From Candidatus Methanophagales archaeon (GTDB taxonomy: Archaea; Halobacteriota; Syntropharchaeia; Alkanophagales; Methanospirareceae), in assembly GCA_025435355.1 (NCBI GenBank), contig JANJFQ010000001.1, positions 1 to 61,394 on the forward strand: a DNA stretch of 61,394 nt. Reading direction: 5' to 3'. A program made the translations under genes and the position numbers. Shown here one piece after another: positions 38,518-48,110 of the stretch. The stretch's first letter is position 1, and each line of letters starts with the position of its first letter. Below the pieces are notes generated by a model. It ran no database searches. It saw nothing but the letters and a program-made list of their open reading frames with translations, and was not told the DNA's origin.

Positions 38518-40074
38518 TTATATTCCCCCTACTAAACCTGCAACTGCGATTTTTGCAAGCTCTAATATGTAAAACGTATTCGGGCGCAAACAGAAAATAA
38601 TGGAGATAATTGCCGTTAGGGTCAAAGGAACGAGCATGAAAAGCGGAGCTTCTTTTATCTTCGTCTTTTTATTCTTATTCTCACTATCAGTCCACTCTCT
38701 GGATTTACCAAAGAACGCAGTAAATATGATAGGGAAAAAATAAACGATATCGAGCAAGGAACTTACCAGGATAACAGCCAAGAAAATCAGCTCGCCGGCT
38801 TCCAGTGTACCCATGCAAAGATACCATTTACTTATAAATCCTGACACCGGGGGGATACCACTCATTCCAAGCGCACCTACGGTAAATGCTAACATCGTTA
38901 CCGGCATCGTTCGTCCTATGCCCGCCATTTCGCTTATGTTCTTCTTTCCCGATGCCACCACTATGGAACCTGCACACATAAAGAGGGTTATCTTCATGAA
39001 CCCGTGAAAGGGAATGTGAATCATTGCCCCTGTTACACCCATAGGACCCAATAGCGCAACGCCAAAGATTATATAGGATAGCTGGCTTATGGTGGAATAT
39101 GCAAGCCTTCTTTTAAGGTTATCTTGCGCGATGGCAAACAAAGAAGCGACAATCATAGTAAACGCCGCCAGGGAAGCGAGTATTATCCCCAGTCCAAGCG
39201 CACTCATCAAATCCACGCCATATATGTAACACACAATTCTGACGATTACAAACACCCCTGCCTTCACCACTGCTACGGCATGCAAAAGCGCACTCACCGG
39301 CGTTGGCGCAGCCATTGCCGTCGGCAACCAACTGTGGAAAGGCATCCATGCTGCTTTCATGGAGCCCATCAAGAATAGCGCAAATAACATCATCAACGTC
39401 AAGCGTGATGCGGAATCGAGATTTAATATTCCACTGTTCTCAAAATCAGTCGTCCCGGTAAGGTAAAACGTTAACACTATCGCGACAAAAAAGCACCAAC
39501 CCGAAAAAAGCAAATATGCTAAGTATTTACGACCCGCAAATCGTGCTTCCCGTGCCTTATCAGACTCCTCTGCCTTGTGACCCCACGCGGGTAAGCCATC
39601 GTGAGCCACTAAGGGATATGTTGCTATCGTTAATGCTTCATAAAAAAAGTACATCGTGATCAGGTTCTTAGACATTGCTATACCTACCGCACCGAAAATG
39701 GCTAAAGCGAAACAGGCGTAGTATCGCGTTTGGGCGTGTTCGTGCAATGACCTCATATATCCTATGGAGTAGGACGACACAAGAATCCACAGGAAGGAAG
39801 AAGTAATCGCGAAAATAAGACCAAAAGCATCTATTTTGAATATAAAAACAATCCCGGTAAATACCGTAAAGAGAGGGCATTCAATTACGTTTCCTTCCAC
39901 AACAATTGGTACCATGGAACCGATAATCAAAAACTGTAGTATACTGGCGAACATCGTGCAGCTCTCTCTTATGTTCGGTCGCTTGCTAAATAGTAATATG
40001 AGAAAAACACAAATAAAGGGGCATGAAATTGCTAACAACGGTCTTATGGATTCTACTATCGCCAATTCATCCAC
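38518..40074 (-). CDS. Antiporter-like subunit, D2 class
   Basis: APTPVSALLHAVAVVKAG; ~13-aa insertion after YPLVAHD relative to paralogues. Confidence 0.9.
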   Translation of the reverse strand: MDELAIVESIRPLLAISCPFICVFLILLFSKRPNIRESCTMFASILQFLIIGSMVPIVVEGNVIECPLFTVFTGIVFIFKIDAFGLIFAITSSFLWILVSSYSIGYMRSLHEHAQTRYYACFALAIFGAVGIAMSKNLITMYFFYEALTIATYPLVAHDGLPAWGHKAEESDKAREARFAGRKYLAYLLFSGWCFFVAIVLTFYLTGTTDFENSGILNLDSASRLTLMMLFALFLMGSMKAAWMPFHSWLPTAMAAPTPVSALLHAVAVVKAGVFVIVRIVCYIYGVDLMSALGLGIILASLAAFTMIVASLFAIAQDNLKRRLAYSTISQLSYIIFGVALLGPMGVTGAMIHIPFHGFMKITLFMCAGSIVVASGKKNISEMAGIGRTMPVTMLAFTVGALGMSGIPPVSGFISKWYLCMGTLEAGELIFLAVILVSSLLDIVYFFPIIFTAFFGKSREWTDSENKNKKTKIKEAPLFMLVPLTLTAIISIIFCLRPNTFYILELAKIAVAGLVGGI

Positions 40075-41608
40075 CTCCTAAAATTGTAAGTGATGCCCTA
40101 ACGGCTAATCTAATGAGTGAAATGGGGAATAAGCCCCCTATAAGGCAGAAGAACGCAAAAACAACAACTGAGAATACCATTGGAAAAGGTGCCTCGTGGG
40201 TTCTAACAGCACCGCTTTCTATCATTAAAACCTTTGTCACTTTGAGATAATATGCAGCGGCGTATATAACATTAAATAAGAGAAGGATAAAAGTCGTAAG
40301 TATCACCACACCGCCAACAGACCGAAGTGCCATTGCCACAGACATTATTATTAGAAATTTACTCCAAAAACCAATTAAAGGCGGCAAACCTAATAATGAG
40401 AGCAAGCCTACCGTCATTGAGTAACCGGAATAGGGCATGTCCCTTCCAATGCCTCCCATTTTCGAGAGCTCCCTCGTATGGATACTGGAATGAATGTTGC
40501 CAGAACCCAGGAACACCATCGCTTTGGCTACACCATGACTCAAAATATGGAGTAAGGCACCAGCCATAGCTAAAGATGCCGCTTCAGGAGGGGTTTTTGA
40601 TGGTTCAGCTACGGTTGAGAGAATATAAGCGGCAACTCCTACACCTGTGGCTATAATACCTATGTTGACAATGCTTGAGTAGGCGAGAAGTCTTTTCAAG
40701 TCATTTTGGAAGTAGGCAAAGAGGTTTGCCACTGTCATTGACAGGAGACCCAGGATAAGCAAGATGAGACCATAATTGTAATACAAGGGAAAGAGTGTGA
40801 AAAGCACTCTAATTAACGCGTAAAATCCAACCATTATCATTATTCCACTCAGCATTGCTGAGATCGAACTGGGTGCGGCTGGGTGTGCTTCTGGTAACCA
40901 CGTATGAAGCGGAAAGACAGCCATCTTTATACCCAATCCCACGATGAAGAAAATAAAAGCCGCTTGAACTACTCTATTTCCATATAAAGGCGGCAATAAA
41001 AGCGAAAGGTCCTGTATGTTCAGCGAACCCGTTACTGAATACAGGAAACCGATGCCAAGCAAGAAGAAACAAGCACCGATAGAACCCATTACGAGGTAGG
41101 TAAAACTTGCCCTCAGTGCCATTCCCCCTTTCGAACCTACTAATGCATACGCAGCTAAAGACAATATCTCGAGAAACACGTACATGTTAAATATATCGCC
41201 GGTCACGGTTACACCGCATAAACCCGCTATAAAGAGTTGATAAATGGTATAAAAAGGAACAATTTTATGTGATAATTCTGGTAGTTCGTGCTCTATACTA
41301 CTTTTTGCATGTAGTGCGCATAGCAAGCCTAAAAACAGAATGATGACTAATACATAAGCGTTTAACACATCCACGAGATATTCTATGCCCCAGGGCGGCT
41401 TCCATCCTCCGAGCCAGTAATGTATGGTTCCTTTAGTAAGGACATGATTCAGGATAAAAAAAGACATGACGAGCTGAACGAGAATGGCTGCGATAGAAAT
41501 GAAACAGCAAGATTTCTTGTTCAGCTGGCCAGCAATCAGAATGGTGAATGCAGAAAACAGCGATATTGCAACTACAAGAACCGGGAATTGTTCAACTGGA
41601 CTTAACAT
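40067..41608 (-). CDS. Antiporter-like subunit, D1-type N-half with divergent C-half (probable chimera)
   Basis: Matches 27612 to LHTWLP, then diverges (EAHPAAPSSISAML...). Confidence 0.88.
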   Translation of the reverse strand: MLSPVEQFPVLVVAISLFSAFTILIAGQLNKKSCCFISIAAILVQLVMSFFILNHVLTKGTIHYWLGGWKPPWGIEYLVDVLNAYVLVIILFLGLLCALHAKSSIEHELPELSHKIVPFYTIYQLFIAGLCGVTVTGDIFNMYVFLEILSLAAYALVGSKGGMALRASFTYLVMGSIGACFFLLGIGFLYSVTGSLNIQDLSLLLPPLYGNRVVQAAFIFFIVGLGIKMAVFPLHTWLPEAHPAAPSSISAMLSGIMIMVGFYALIRVLFTLFPLYYNYGLILLILGLLSMTVANLFAYFQNDLKRLLAYSSIVNIGIIATGVGVAAYILSTVAEPSKTPPEAASLAMAGALLHILSHGVAKAMVFLGSGNIHSSIHTRELSKMGGIGRDMPYSGYSMTVGLLSLLGLPPLIGFWSKFLIIMSVAMALRSVGGVVILTTFILLLFNVIYAAAYYLKVTKVLMIESGAVRTHEAPFPMVFSVVVFAFFCLIGGLFPISLIRLAVRASLTILGGG

Positions 41609-41677
41609 CTGCCCTTACTTCCCCCCCTTTATTCTTTATTTGTTTAAAAATTCCTTAATATATGTAGAAAAAACCAT

Positions 41678-41724
41678 AATATATAAAAGGTATCACTTTT
41701 TCTCCGACGAGACACCGGTGGCAT
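41678..41724 (-). promoter_or_regulatory. D1-cassette promoter with ATGCCACCG-GTGTCTCGT motif
   Basis: aatatataaaaggtatcactttttctcc..acgagacaccggtggcat, homologous to 29170..29214. Confidence 0.6.
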
Positions 41725-41756
41725 GCTTTTCCTCTCTTGCACAGCAAAAAAAATTA

Positions 41757-43298
41757 TTACGGAATCACGTTTCCTACCGCTAGTTCCACAAGCTTATAGA
41801 AATACATAGAGATTATGTCCAACCTCAGAATGAAATCAAGGAAAAATATAACCGAGAAAATTGCCGTTATAGATAACGGAACGAGCATAAACAAGGGTGC
41901 CTCTTTTATCTCTTCTCCCACGCCTTCTGGTTTCTTGAAGAATGCAGTATGTATGATAGGGAAGAAATAAACGACATCCAGAAAAGAAGCTATTAAGAGA
42001 ATAAATAAAAAGGCTATCTCTTCTGCCTGTAGTGCACCCTGGCAAAGGAACCATTTACTTATGAATCCACATGCCGGCGGAATTCCGCACATCCCAAATG
42101 CGGTTATGGTGAATGCGAGCATCGTTACCGGCATCGTCTTCCCTACTCCGCTCATCTCACTTATGTTCTTCTTCCCTGTCGCTACCATTATCGCACCCGC
42201 GCAGAGGAACAGCGTTATCTTCATGAATCCATGGAAGGGGATGTGAATCATCGCTCCTCGTATCCCTTCCGTAGTTAACAATCCCGCACCTAAGAGTATA
42301 TACGATAGCTGGTTTATCGTGGAGTATGCAAGTCTTCTTTTCAAGTTGTCCTGCGCGATGGCAAACAAATTGGCTACGATCATTGTAAAACCCGCTATAC
42401 AGGCAAGCGCCAACCCAAGGTCAAGATGTTCGCCCACCAAATATACTTTGCCCATTAAATCCACGCCATAGATATAGCATACAATCCTGACGATTCCAAA
42501 TACGCCCGCCTTCACCACCGCTACTGCGTGTAAAAGCGCACTTACCGGCGTGGGTGCGATCATTGCAGTGGGAAGCCACGAGTGAAATGGCATCCACGCC
42601 GCTTTCAGGAACCCCAACAAGAAACAGAAGAACAGAATCGCCAGTGTCACTGAAGATACAGAACCGGCATCAAAACCTTCTTTTAGTATACCGCCATTCG
42701 TAAAATCGGTGGTCCCCGTAAGATAATAAGTCATCATCACCGCGAACAGGAAGAAAACGCCAGAGGTAAGCAGATAAGCGAAATATTTACGACCCGCACT
42801 CAAAGCTTCTGGTGACTGGTCGTGAATAACCAACGGATACGTTGAGACCGTTAATATCTCATAAAATATAAACAACGTGAGCAGATTTGCTGATAGCGCT
42901 ATGCCTATGGCACCGAATATGGCGATAGCAAAGCAGAAATAGTATCTTGTCTGCGCATGCTCCTTCAAAGACCTCATGTACCCTATGGAATAGAACGATA
43001 CGAGAATCCACAAAAAGGATGCAGTGAGAGCGAAAATAAGACCAAAAGCATCCACTTTAAACCCAAATGCAATTCCCTCGAACATCGTCTGGAAGAACGT
43101 GCATTCTATGACTTTCCTTTCCAAAATAATCGGCACCATGGATGCAACGAGCGAGAACTGCAGTATGCCAGCGATAATCGTCCAGCTCTCTCTTACGTTC
43201 GACCGCTTGCTGGACAACAATATGAGAATCGCAGCAGTGGCAGGGCATAGAATTGCTAACAAAGGTCTGTAACTGTAAACTATTGATTCCTCTATCAT
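41757..43298 (-). CDS. Antiporter-like subunit, D2 class
   Basis: LKAAWMPFHSWLP, SALLHAVAVVKAG, FHGFMKITLF. Confidence 0.9.
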   Translation of the reverse strand: MIEESIVYSYRPLLAILCPATAAILILLSSKRSNVRESWTIIAGILQFSLVASMVPIILERKVIECTFFQTMFEGIAFGFKVDAFGLIFALTASFLWILVSFYSIGYMRSLKEHAQTRYYFCFAIAIFGAIGIALSANLLTLFIFYEILTVSTYPLVIHDQSPEALSAGRKYFAYLLTSGVFFLFAVMMTYYLTGTTDFTNGGILKEGFDAGSVSSVTLAILFFCFLLGFLKAAWMPFHSWLPTAMIAPTPVSALLHAVAVVKAGVFGIVRIVCYIYGVDLMGKVYLVGEHLDLGLALACIAGFTMIVANLFAIAQDNLKRRLAYSTINQLSYILLGAGLLTTEGIRGAMIHIPFHGFMKITLFLCAGAIMVATGKKNISEMSGVGKTMPVTMLAFTITAFGMCGIPPACGFISKWFLCQGALQAEEIAFLFILLIASFLDVVYFFPIIHTAFFKKPEGVGEEIKEAPLFMLVPLSITAIFSVIFFLDFILRLDIISMYFYKLVELAVGNVIP

Positions 43299-44821
43299 GG
43301 CGCTGCTACCACCCCCGTGCCCAACAATGCATTCACTGCATGGTCAACTACCGGTAGTAAAGGTGTCTCCGTACCCGCAAGCCAGAGGATACCAACGATA
43401 ATGCAGAGAGAACCGAGAATTAATGCGGGAAGAACCATGCTCATCGGTGCTTCATCTTTTCTTATCTCTTTTTCTTCCTCTCCTTCACCCTTCACAAAAT
43501 ACATGCGCTCTATAACTCGCCAGAAATAAACGAGGTTGAGAAGCGTGCTGGCAAGTATAACGGCTACAAAGGCATATTCCACAGCTTCTAAAGACGCAGC
43601 CAGCAAGCACAATTTCGTTATAAATCCCACGCTTGGCGGCACCCCTATCATTGATAACGCCGCTATCGTGAAAGCAGCGCAGGTATACGGCATCTTCTTC
43701 CCCAACCCCACGAAATCGTGTATGTTCCACAAACCATAACGGTATATTATGGCACCGGCAACCAGGAACAAGCATCCTTTTGTTAGCGCATGATTCAATA
43801 TATGCATCAACGCACCGTATAGACCCCACTGAGTAGAATAGAGTCCCACGCCAAGCACGATATAGCCTACCTGTGCGACACTGGAGTAAGCAAGCATTCT
43901 CTTCAAATTAGACTGCATTATTGCAATAATCGAGCCCACGATAATGGCTATCGCGGCTATCCAGGAAATGGCAGTGGCGATAGGCACGTAAATCCGGATG
44001 AATTCCGTGGTGAAGACAGAGAAAAAGACCCTTATGAAAGCATAAATGGAAACCTTTGACATCGCCGCGGCTATTATCACGGTAACCGCGGAAGGAGCAT
44101 ACGTATATGCGTCGGGTTGCCATATATGGAGTGGGAAGAGCGCCATTTTTATGCTCATTCCAACAACGAAGAAGACAAAAGCCGCTTGCACTACTTTATT
44201 CTCATACAGTGGTGGCAACAGGTGCGAAAGGTCCGCCATGTTAAGCGAGCCTGTTACGGCATACAGAAAACCAGCACCAAGAAGGTAGAAGCAAGCACCT
44301 ATGGAGCCCATAATTACGTAGTTATAGCTCGCTTTCAACGCTCTCCTTCCTGCAACGGCTATTAACGCATACGCCGCTAAAGAGGCTATCTCCAGGAATA
44401 CATACAGGTTGAATATATCCCCGGTTACCGTTATACCGCATAAACCGGTGATAAGAAGTTGAAAGACCACGTAGAACGGCACGATCCTGTGTGGCTGCTC
44501 GCGCTCTATACTCCTCTTTGCATATATTGCCGTTAACAGGCAGATGAATAGAACTATAACCAACACGTACGCGTTGAATGCGTCTATAACGTATTCTATG
44601 CCCCATGGAGGTGCCCATCCACCCAGCCTGTAATGTATCGTGCCACGAGTGATGACCTGGTTTAAAATGAAAAGAGCCATAAATAGCTGCACGGAAATGG
44701 TTGCGATGGAAATAGGCAAACAAGTCTTCTTATTCCACCGTCCTGCAATCAAAATAGTAAATGCAGAAAGCATGGATATTACAATGACAAGCACCGGAAA
44801 ATGTTCAGTTACAATCAACAT
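43295..44821 (-). CDS. mrpD: Na+/H+ antiporter subunit D (D1 class, canonical Lys retained)
   Basis: Directly after mrpC; FLEIAS, IKMALFPLH, AMSKV, GFITK. Confidence 0.9.
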   Translation of the reverse strand: MLIVTEHFPVLVIVISMLSAFTILIAGRWNKKTCLPISIATISVQLFMALFILNQVITRGTIHYRLGGWAPPWGIEYVIDAFNAYVLVIVLFICLLTAIYAKRSIEREQPHRIVPFYVVFQLLITGLCGITVTGDIFNLYVFLEIASLAAYALIAVAGRRALKASYNYVIMGSIGACFYLLGAGFLYAVTGSLNMADLSHLLPPLYENKVVQAAFVFFVVGMSIKMALFPLHIWQPDAYTYAPSAVTVIIAAAMSKVSIYAFIRVFFSVFTTEFIRIYVPIATAISWIAAIAIIVGSIIAIMQSNLKRMLAYSSVAQVGYIVLGVGLYSTQWGLYGALMHILNHALTKGCLFLVAGAIIYRYGLWNIHDFVGLGKKMPYTCAAFTIAALSMIGVPPSVGFITKLCLLAASLEAVEYAFVAVILASTLLNLVYFWRVIERMYFVKGEGEEEKEIRKDEAPMSMVLPALILGSLCIIVGILWLAGTETPLLPVVDHAVNALLGTGVVAAP

Positions 44822-44954
44822 TTATTTACCTCCTTTCTCTTTTCCATTTGGGTTCGCACGTATAATAAAAAATTATTCATGCGCCCCAAAAGGGAATAAA
44901 AAAGAACTCATTATATAAGATTATCCTTTTTTTGGTGGCACATTTTATCTCCTC

Positions 44955-45344
44955 TCACAGCCCCATCTCTCTCTCCTTCTCTATTATCTCCTCTTCTTCC
45001 ATCGTCCCGTATTCCTCATACATTCTTATTACCAGCGCGAGGGCAACCGCAGTCGTGGCAACCGCTACCACTATCGCCGTCAGGATAAGCACGTGAGGTA
45101 ACGGATTCACGTAAACGTAACCCATATGTATTATTTCTTCGCTTACAATTGGCTCGGTTCCTCCTCTTATATCAGCCAGCGAAATGAAGAATAAGAATAT
45201 AGCGGTTTGAAATATGTTCAATCCGATGATTTTCTTTATCAGATTGCCCTTTGCTATCATCGCATAGAAACCGATGAGCATAAGCACAATGGAAACCCAG
45301 TAATTATATTTCGCAAATACTTCCCCGATTAGCCATTCCATCAT
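44955..45344 (-). CDS. mrpC: Na+/H+ antiporter subunit C
   Basis: NLIKKIIGL, NPLPHVLILTAIVVAVATTAVALAL. Confidence 0.93.
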   Translation of the reverse strand: MMEWLIGEVFAKYNYWVSIVLMLIGFYAMIAKGNLIKKIIGLNIFQTAIFLFFISLADIRGGTEPIVSEEIIHMGYVYVNPLPHVLILTAIVVAVATTAVALALVIRMYEEYGTMEEEEIIEKEREMGL

Positions 45345-45346
45345 TT

Positions 45347-45847
45347 CTATTCCTGTTCCTCCTTTTCTCCTACCTCTTCTTCGCTTTCTCTTTTCCACAC
45401 GAGGTTAAAAAATATAGAGGTAATTACAGCCATTACGGTTATCCCGATTCCTATTTCTACGAGGTCCATTCCTAAAGCGCGGTTCTCCTCAAAATGGGTT
45501 GTTAATGGAATGAAACCATAGTTTAAATACTGCGCAGCTCCAAAACTGAGGATTACGCACAGGAGTCCAACCCCCGCAAAGATATACACACCAACACTGA
45601 AAAGGTTGGTATTTACAGCCTCCGGGAATCTGTCCCCGGCATCAACGATACCAAAAGCAATAACGAGTAAGATAAAAGAAGCGGCGAATATAACTCCGCC
45701 TTGAAATCCTCCCCCGGGTCCGCCTGCTCCATGAATTATCACATACAATGCAAACAACTGGATAAAAGGTACCATCAGTCTCGATACTGTCTCTACTATG
45801 ACATCTCCACCTTTGCCTTCTCCTGTCGCACTATTTTCCGTGTTCAA
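45347..45847 (-). CDS. mrpB: Na+/H+ antiporter subunit B (MnhB domain)
   Basis: HG..GPGGGFQGG motif; EIGIGITV. Confidence 0.9.
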   Translation of the reverse strand: MNTENSATGEGKGGDVIVETVSRLMVPFIQLFALYVIIHGAGGPGGGFQGGVIFAASFILLVIAFGIVDAGDRFPEAVNTNLFSVGVYIFAGVGLLCVILSFGAAQYLNYGFIPLTTHFEENRALGMDLVEIGIGITVMAVITSIFFNLVWKRESEEEVGEKEEQE

Positions 45848-45870
45848 AGCTTACCTCGCCTCCCAAAATA

Positions 45871-45948
45871 AACCACGAGATTCCACGAGATTAACACAAG
45901 AAGAGGTTGTTCCTATTTTCTCGTGGAAATCTGTGTAATCTTGTGGTT
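45871..45948. repeat. Intergenic palindromic element with 10-bp tandem subunits
   Basis: AACCACGAGA TTCCACGAGA TTAACACAAG ... TCTCGTGGAA ATCTGTGTAA TCTTGTGGTT. Confidence 0.7.
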
Positions 45949-45950
45949 AC

Positions 45951-46514
45951 CTATTCCGGTCTTTTCTCTCGCCTCCGCAATAATAATAATACTCCCACAC
46001 CCGCGGTAAATATAACGGTGACCTCACCAAGCGTATCGTAACCTCTGTAATCAGCGAGGATATAAGTTACCATATTCGGCACTTCTGTCTCATGGTGCCC
46101 TTCCTCTATATACCGTATGATAGGTGCATACCGGTAGACATCCAGCGTATCCCCCTCTCTCTTAATAAAGTAATACTTGGAGCGTTTCTGCTCGAGCTCT
46201 GGAAGGTCTTGATAATACTTCTCCGGTGGAATAACATATGCATCCCATTCGCCTTCTGTTACCGTTTCAACACTCGAAGGTAGTTCGTCTTTCCGGAAAC
46301 CTATGGCTTCAAGTTCACTCACCAACGCCTCAGGAACAATACCCTGATTCAAATCGTCCACTAACTCATCGGCATCCATGCTGATATCCAACTTCACATA
46401 TCTATTAGGAGGGGAATAGGGGTCTCCAAATGCGGGTATATCTTCAGCCACGTATATGAAAAGAGCGCCTAAAAAAATTACGGAAACAAGAGCCATTGCC
46501 GATATTAATTTCAT
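45951..46514 (-). CDS. MbhE/MrpA-C-terminal-like Mrp subunit with ~90-aa soluble insertion
   Basis: PAFGDP and PNMVTYILADYRGYDTLGE motifs; start at ATGA overlap (46514). Confidence 0.85.
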   Translation of the reverse strand: MKLISAMALVSVIFLGALFIYVAEDIPAFGDPYSPPNRYVKLDISMDADELVDDLNQGIVPEALVSELEAIGFRKDELPSSVETVTEGEWDAYVIPPEKYYQDLPELEQKRSKYYFIKREGDTLDVYRYAPIIRYIEEGHHETEVPNMVTYILADYRGYDTLGEVTVIFTAGVGVLLLLRRREKRPE

Positions 46515-46756
46515 TTCTTCTCCCACCTCGCCGTCCTGGACAAAGCAGCGATTAAGAATGCGGTGGTTGCACCGGCGCCGACGGCAGCTTCTGTAAATGC
46601 CACATCCACCGAATGCATCTGCACCCAGACCACAGCCATCAGAAAACTGTAAGCACACAACAGCATAATCGCACTCAATAAGTCTCTCACGGTTATTGCA
46701 GCTATTGCGATTGCCACAATTAAAAATAACACAATGAGGTCAAGCTGCCATATCAT
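46511..46756 (-). CDS. MbhD/DUF4040 Mrp subunit
   Basis: RDLLSA, DVAFTEAAVGAG. Confidence 0.9.
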   Translation of the reverse strand: MIWQLDLIVLFLIVAIAIAAITVRDLLSAIMLLCAYSFLMAVVWVQMHSVDVAFTEAAVGAGATTAFLIAALSRTARWEKK

Positions 46757-46878
46757 TTTTTTATTTATCTCCTACTTCTGCTGTTCATATTTAAAATATA
46801 TTATATAAAACTGTCGCTTTTTACCCGTAACTTTAACTTTTGCGCTTTTCATTTTTCATTGCCGCCGTCAGGCGATTA

Positions 46879-47385
46879 TCACCCTTCCATATACACATCA
46901 GCTACTTTCTTTTGCATCGTCTTATCCACTAAGAGCGCGTCAGCGGGTTTTTTCGCGATTGCATGCACCCAAAACTTACCTTTTTCACGGTCTACCAATA
47001 TGGTTATCGTTCCGGGGGTTAAGGTGATGGAATTAGCTAAGGTAACGAGAGCGAAATCGCTTCGCACGGAAGTTTCAAATTCTATTATTCGAGGGTCTAT
47101 CGGCATCTTCGGATGGAGAACTCGATATGCAACGTCGAAGTTTGCCAGTAATATCTGCCACAATTCCCAACCGAGGTAAATAACGAATCTAAAGGACTTC
47201 AAAAGCATCTTCTCGCCTTTTCCCTTTACCAGCAGGTCATGAGAAATCAACGCCACAATCGCACTGCATATTATACCGGCTGTGAGATGGAAGGTGTCGA
47301 AGTGTCCGGATAAGAGAAGCCAGAACAAGAACAGGGCACAAAACGTTACGAGTATTCCAAAAGCTTTTCCTGATTTAGCGGTCAT
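46879..47385 (-). CDS. mrpE: Na+/H+ antiporter subunit E
   Basis: FWLLLSG, ANFDVA, LANSITLTPGTIT, VHAI. Confidence 0.93.
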   Translation of the reverse strand: MTAKSGKAFGILVTFCALFLFWLLLSGHFDTFHLTAGIICSAIVALISHDLLVKGKGEKMLLKSFRFVIYLGWELWQILLANFDVAYRVLHPKMPIDPRIIEFETSVRSDFALVTLANSITLTPGTITILVDREKGKFWVHAIAKKPADALLVDKTMQKKVADVYMEG

Positions 47386-47404
47386 CTACTCTTCTTCCTC
47401 CTCT

Positions 47405-47737
47405 TCACATCCTTGCATCCCCTTTCTTCCAGGGCTTTACGCCTGTATTATAAGCAGCTTTCATTATCGCATGTGTCGCCGTTGGATTGGCGAGGAAAAT
47501 GAATATTATTAAAAATAGAAGTTTCACAGGTACGAGAGGTGTTTCAGGATAATGAAATAAATGGTATAACAACAAACCAGCGATTATAAGGACTTCTCCA
47601 AGCGTGTCGCACTTACCGGTTGCATGCAGTCTCGTGTAAAAGTCAGGCAATCTCAGTAATCCAACTACGCCGGTGAACATAAAGAAAATTCCAGCAGCTA
47701 GGAATATCATTACGATTATCTCGATTATTTCGACCAT
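47405..47737 (-). CDS. mrpG: Na+/H+ antiporter subunit G
   Basis: GLLRLPDFYTRLHATGKCDTLG, NPTATHA. Confidence 0.93.
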   Translation of the reverse strand: MVEIIEIIVMIFLAAGIFFMFTGVVGLLRLPDFYTRLHATGKCDTLGEVLIIAGLLLYHLFHYPETPLVPVKLLFLIIFIFLANPTATHAIMKAAYNTGVKPWKKGDARM

Positions 47738-47994
47738 ACTTCACCCCTCTCCAAATATTTCGCGAAGGCTAAAGTGCCTATGAAATTCAGCACTGCATAG
47801 AGAAGCGAGATGTCAAAGAACAGAGGTCTTTCGAAATAATAGCCTATGATAACTAAAAGAACGATTGTTTTTGTCCCTATTACGTTCACCGCCGTCACGC
47901 GATTAAATACGCCGGGTCCAAGCGCTGCTCGGTATAAACTCAACAATATCGTGAGTGCAATTAACAGCCCGATTGCTAAAAATACTTCTATCAT
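47725..47994 (-). CDS. mrpF: Na+/H+ antiporter subunit F
   Basis: RAALGP..FNRV, DISLLYAVLNFIGTLAFAKYLE. Confidence 0.9.
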   Translation of the reverse strand: MIEVFLAIGLLIALTILLSLYRAALGPGVFNRVTAVNVIGTKTIVLLVIIGYYFERPLFFDISLLYAVLNFIGTLAFAKYLERGEVWSK

Positions 47995-48110
47995 TTTTCG
48001 CGGGTTTTGATTAATTTATAGTATGTTGGTTGTTGAGGAAATATAAATAACTTTTGGAATTTTTCTGTGGTATGTAAAAAAGCAAAGGTCTCGTAGCGGT
48101 GTCAATGTAA

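Noticed and set aside
10937..47994. Energy-converting hydrogenase or Fpo/complex I operon
   Set aside because: No NuoB/C/D/H/I or NiFe catalytic subunits; the small subunits are Mrp-type.
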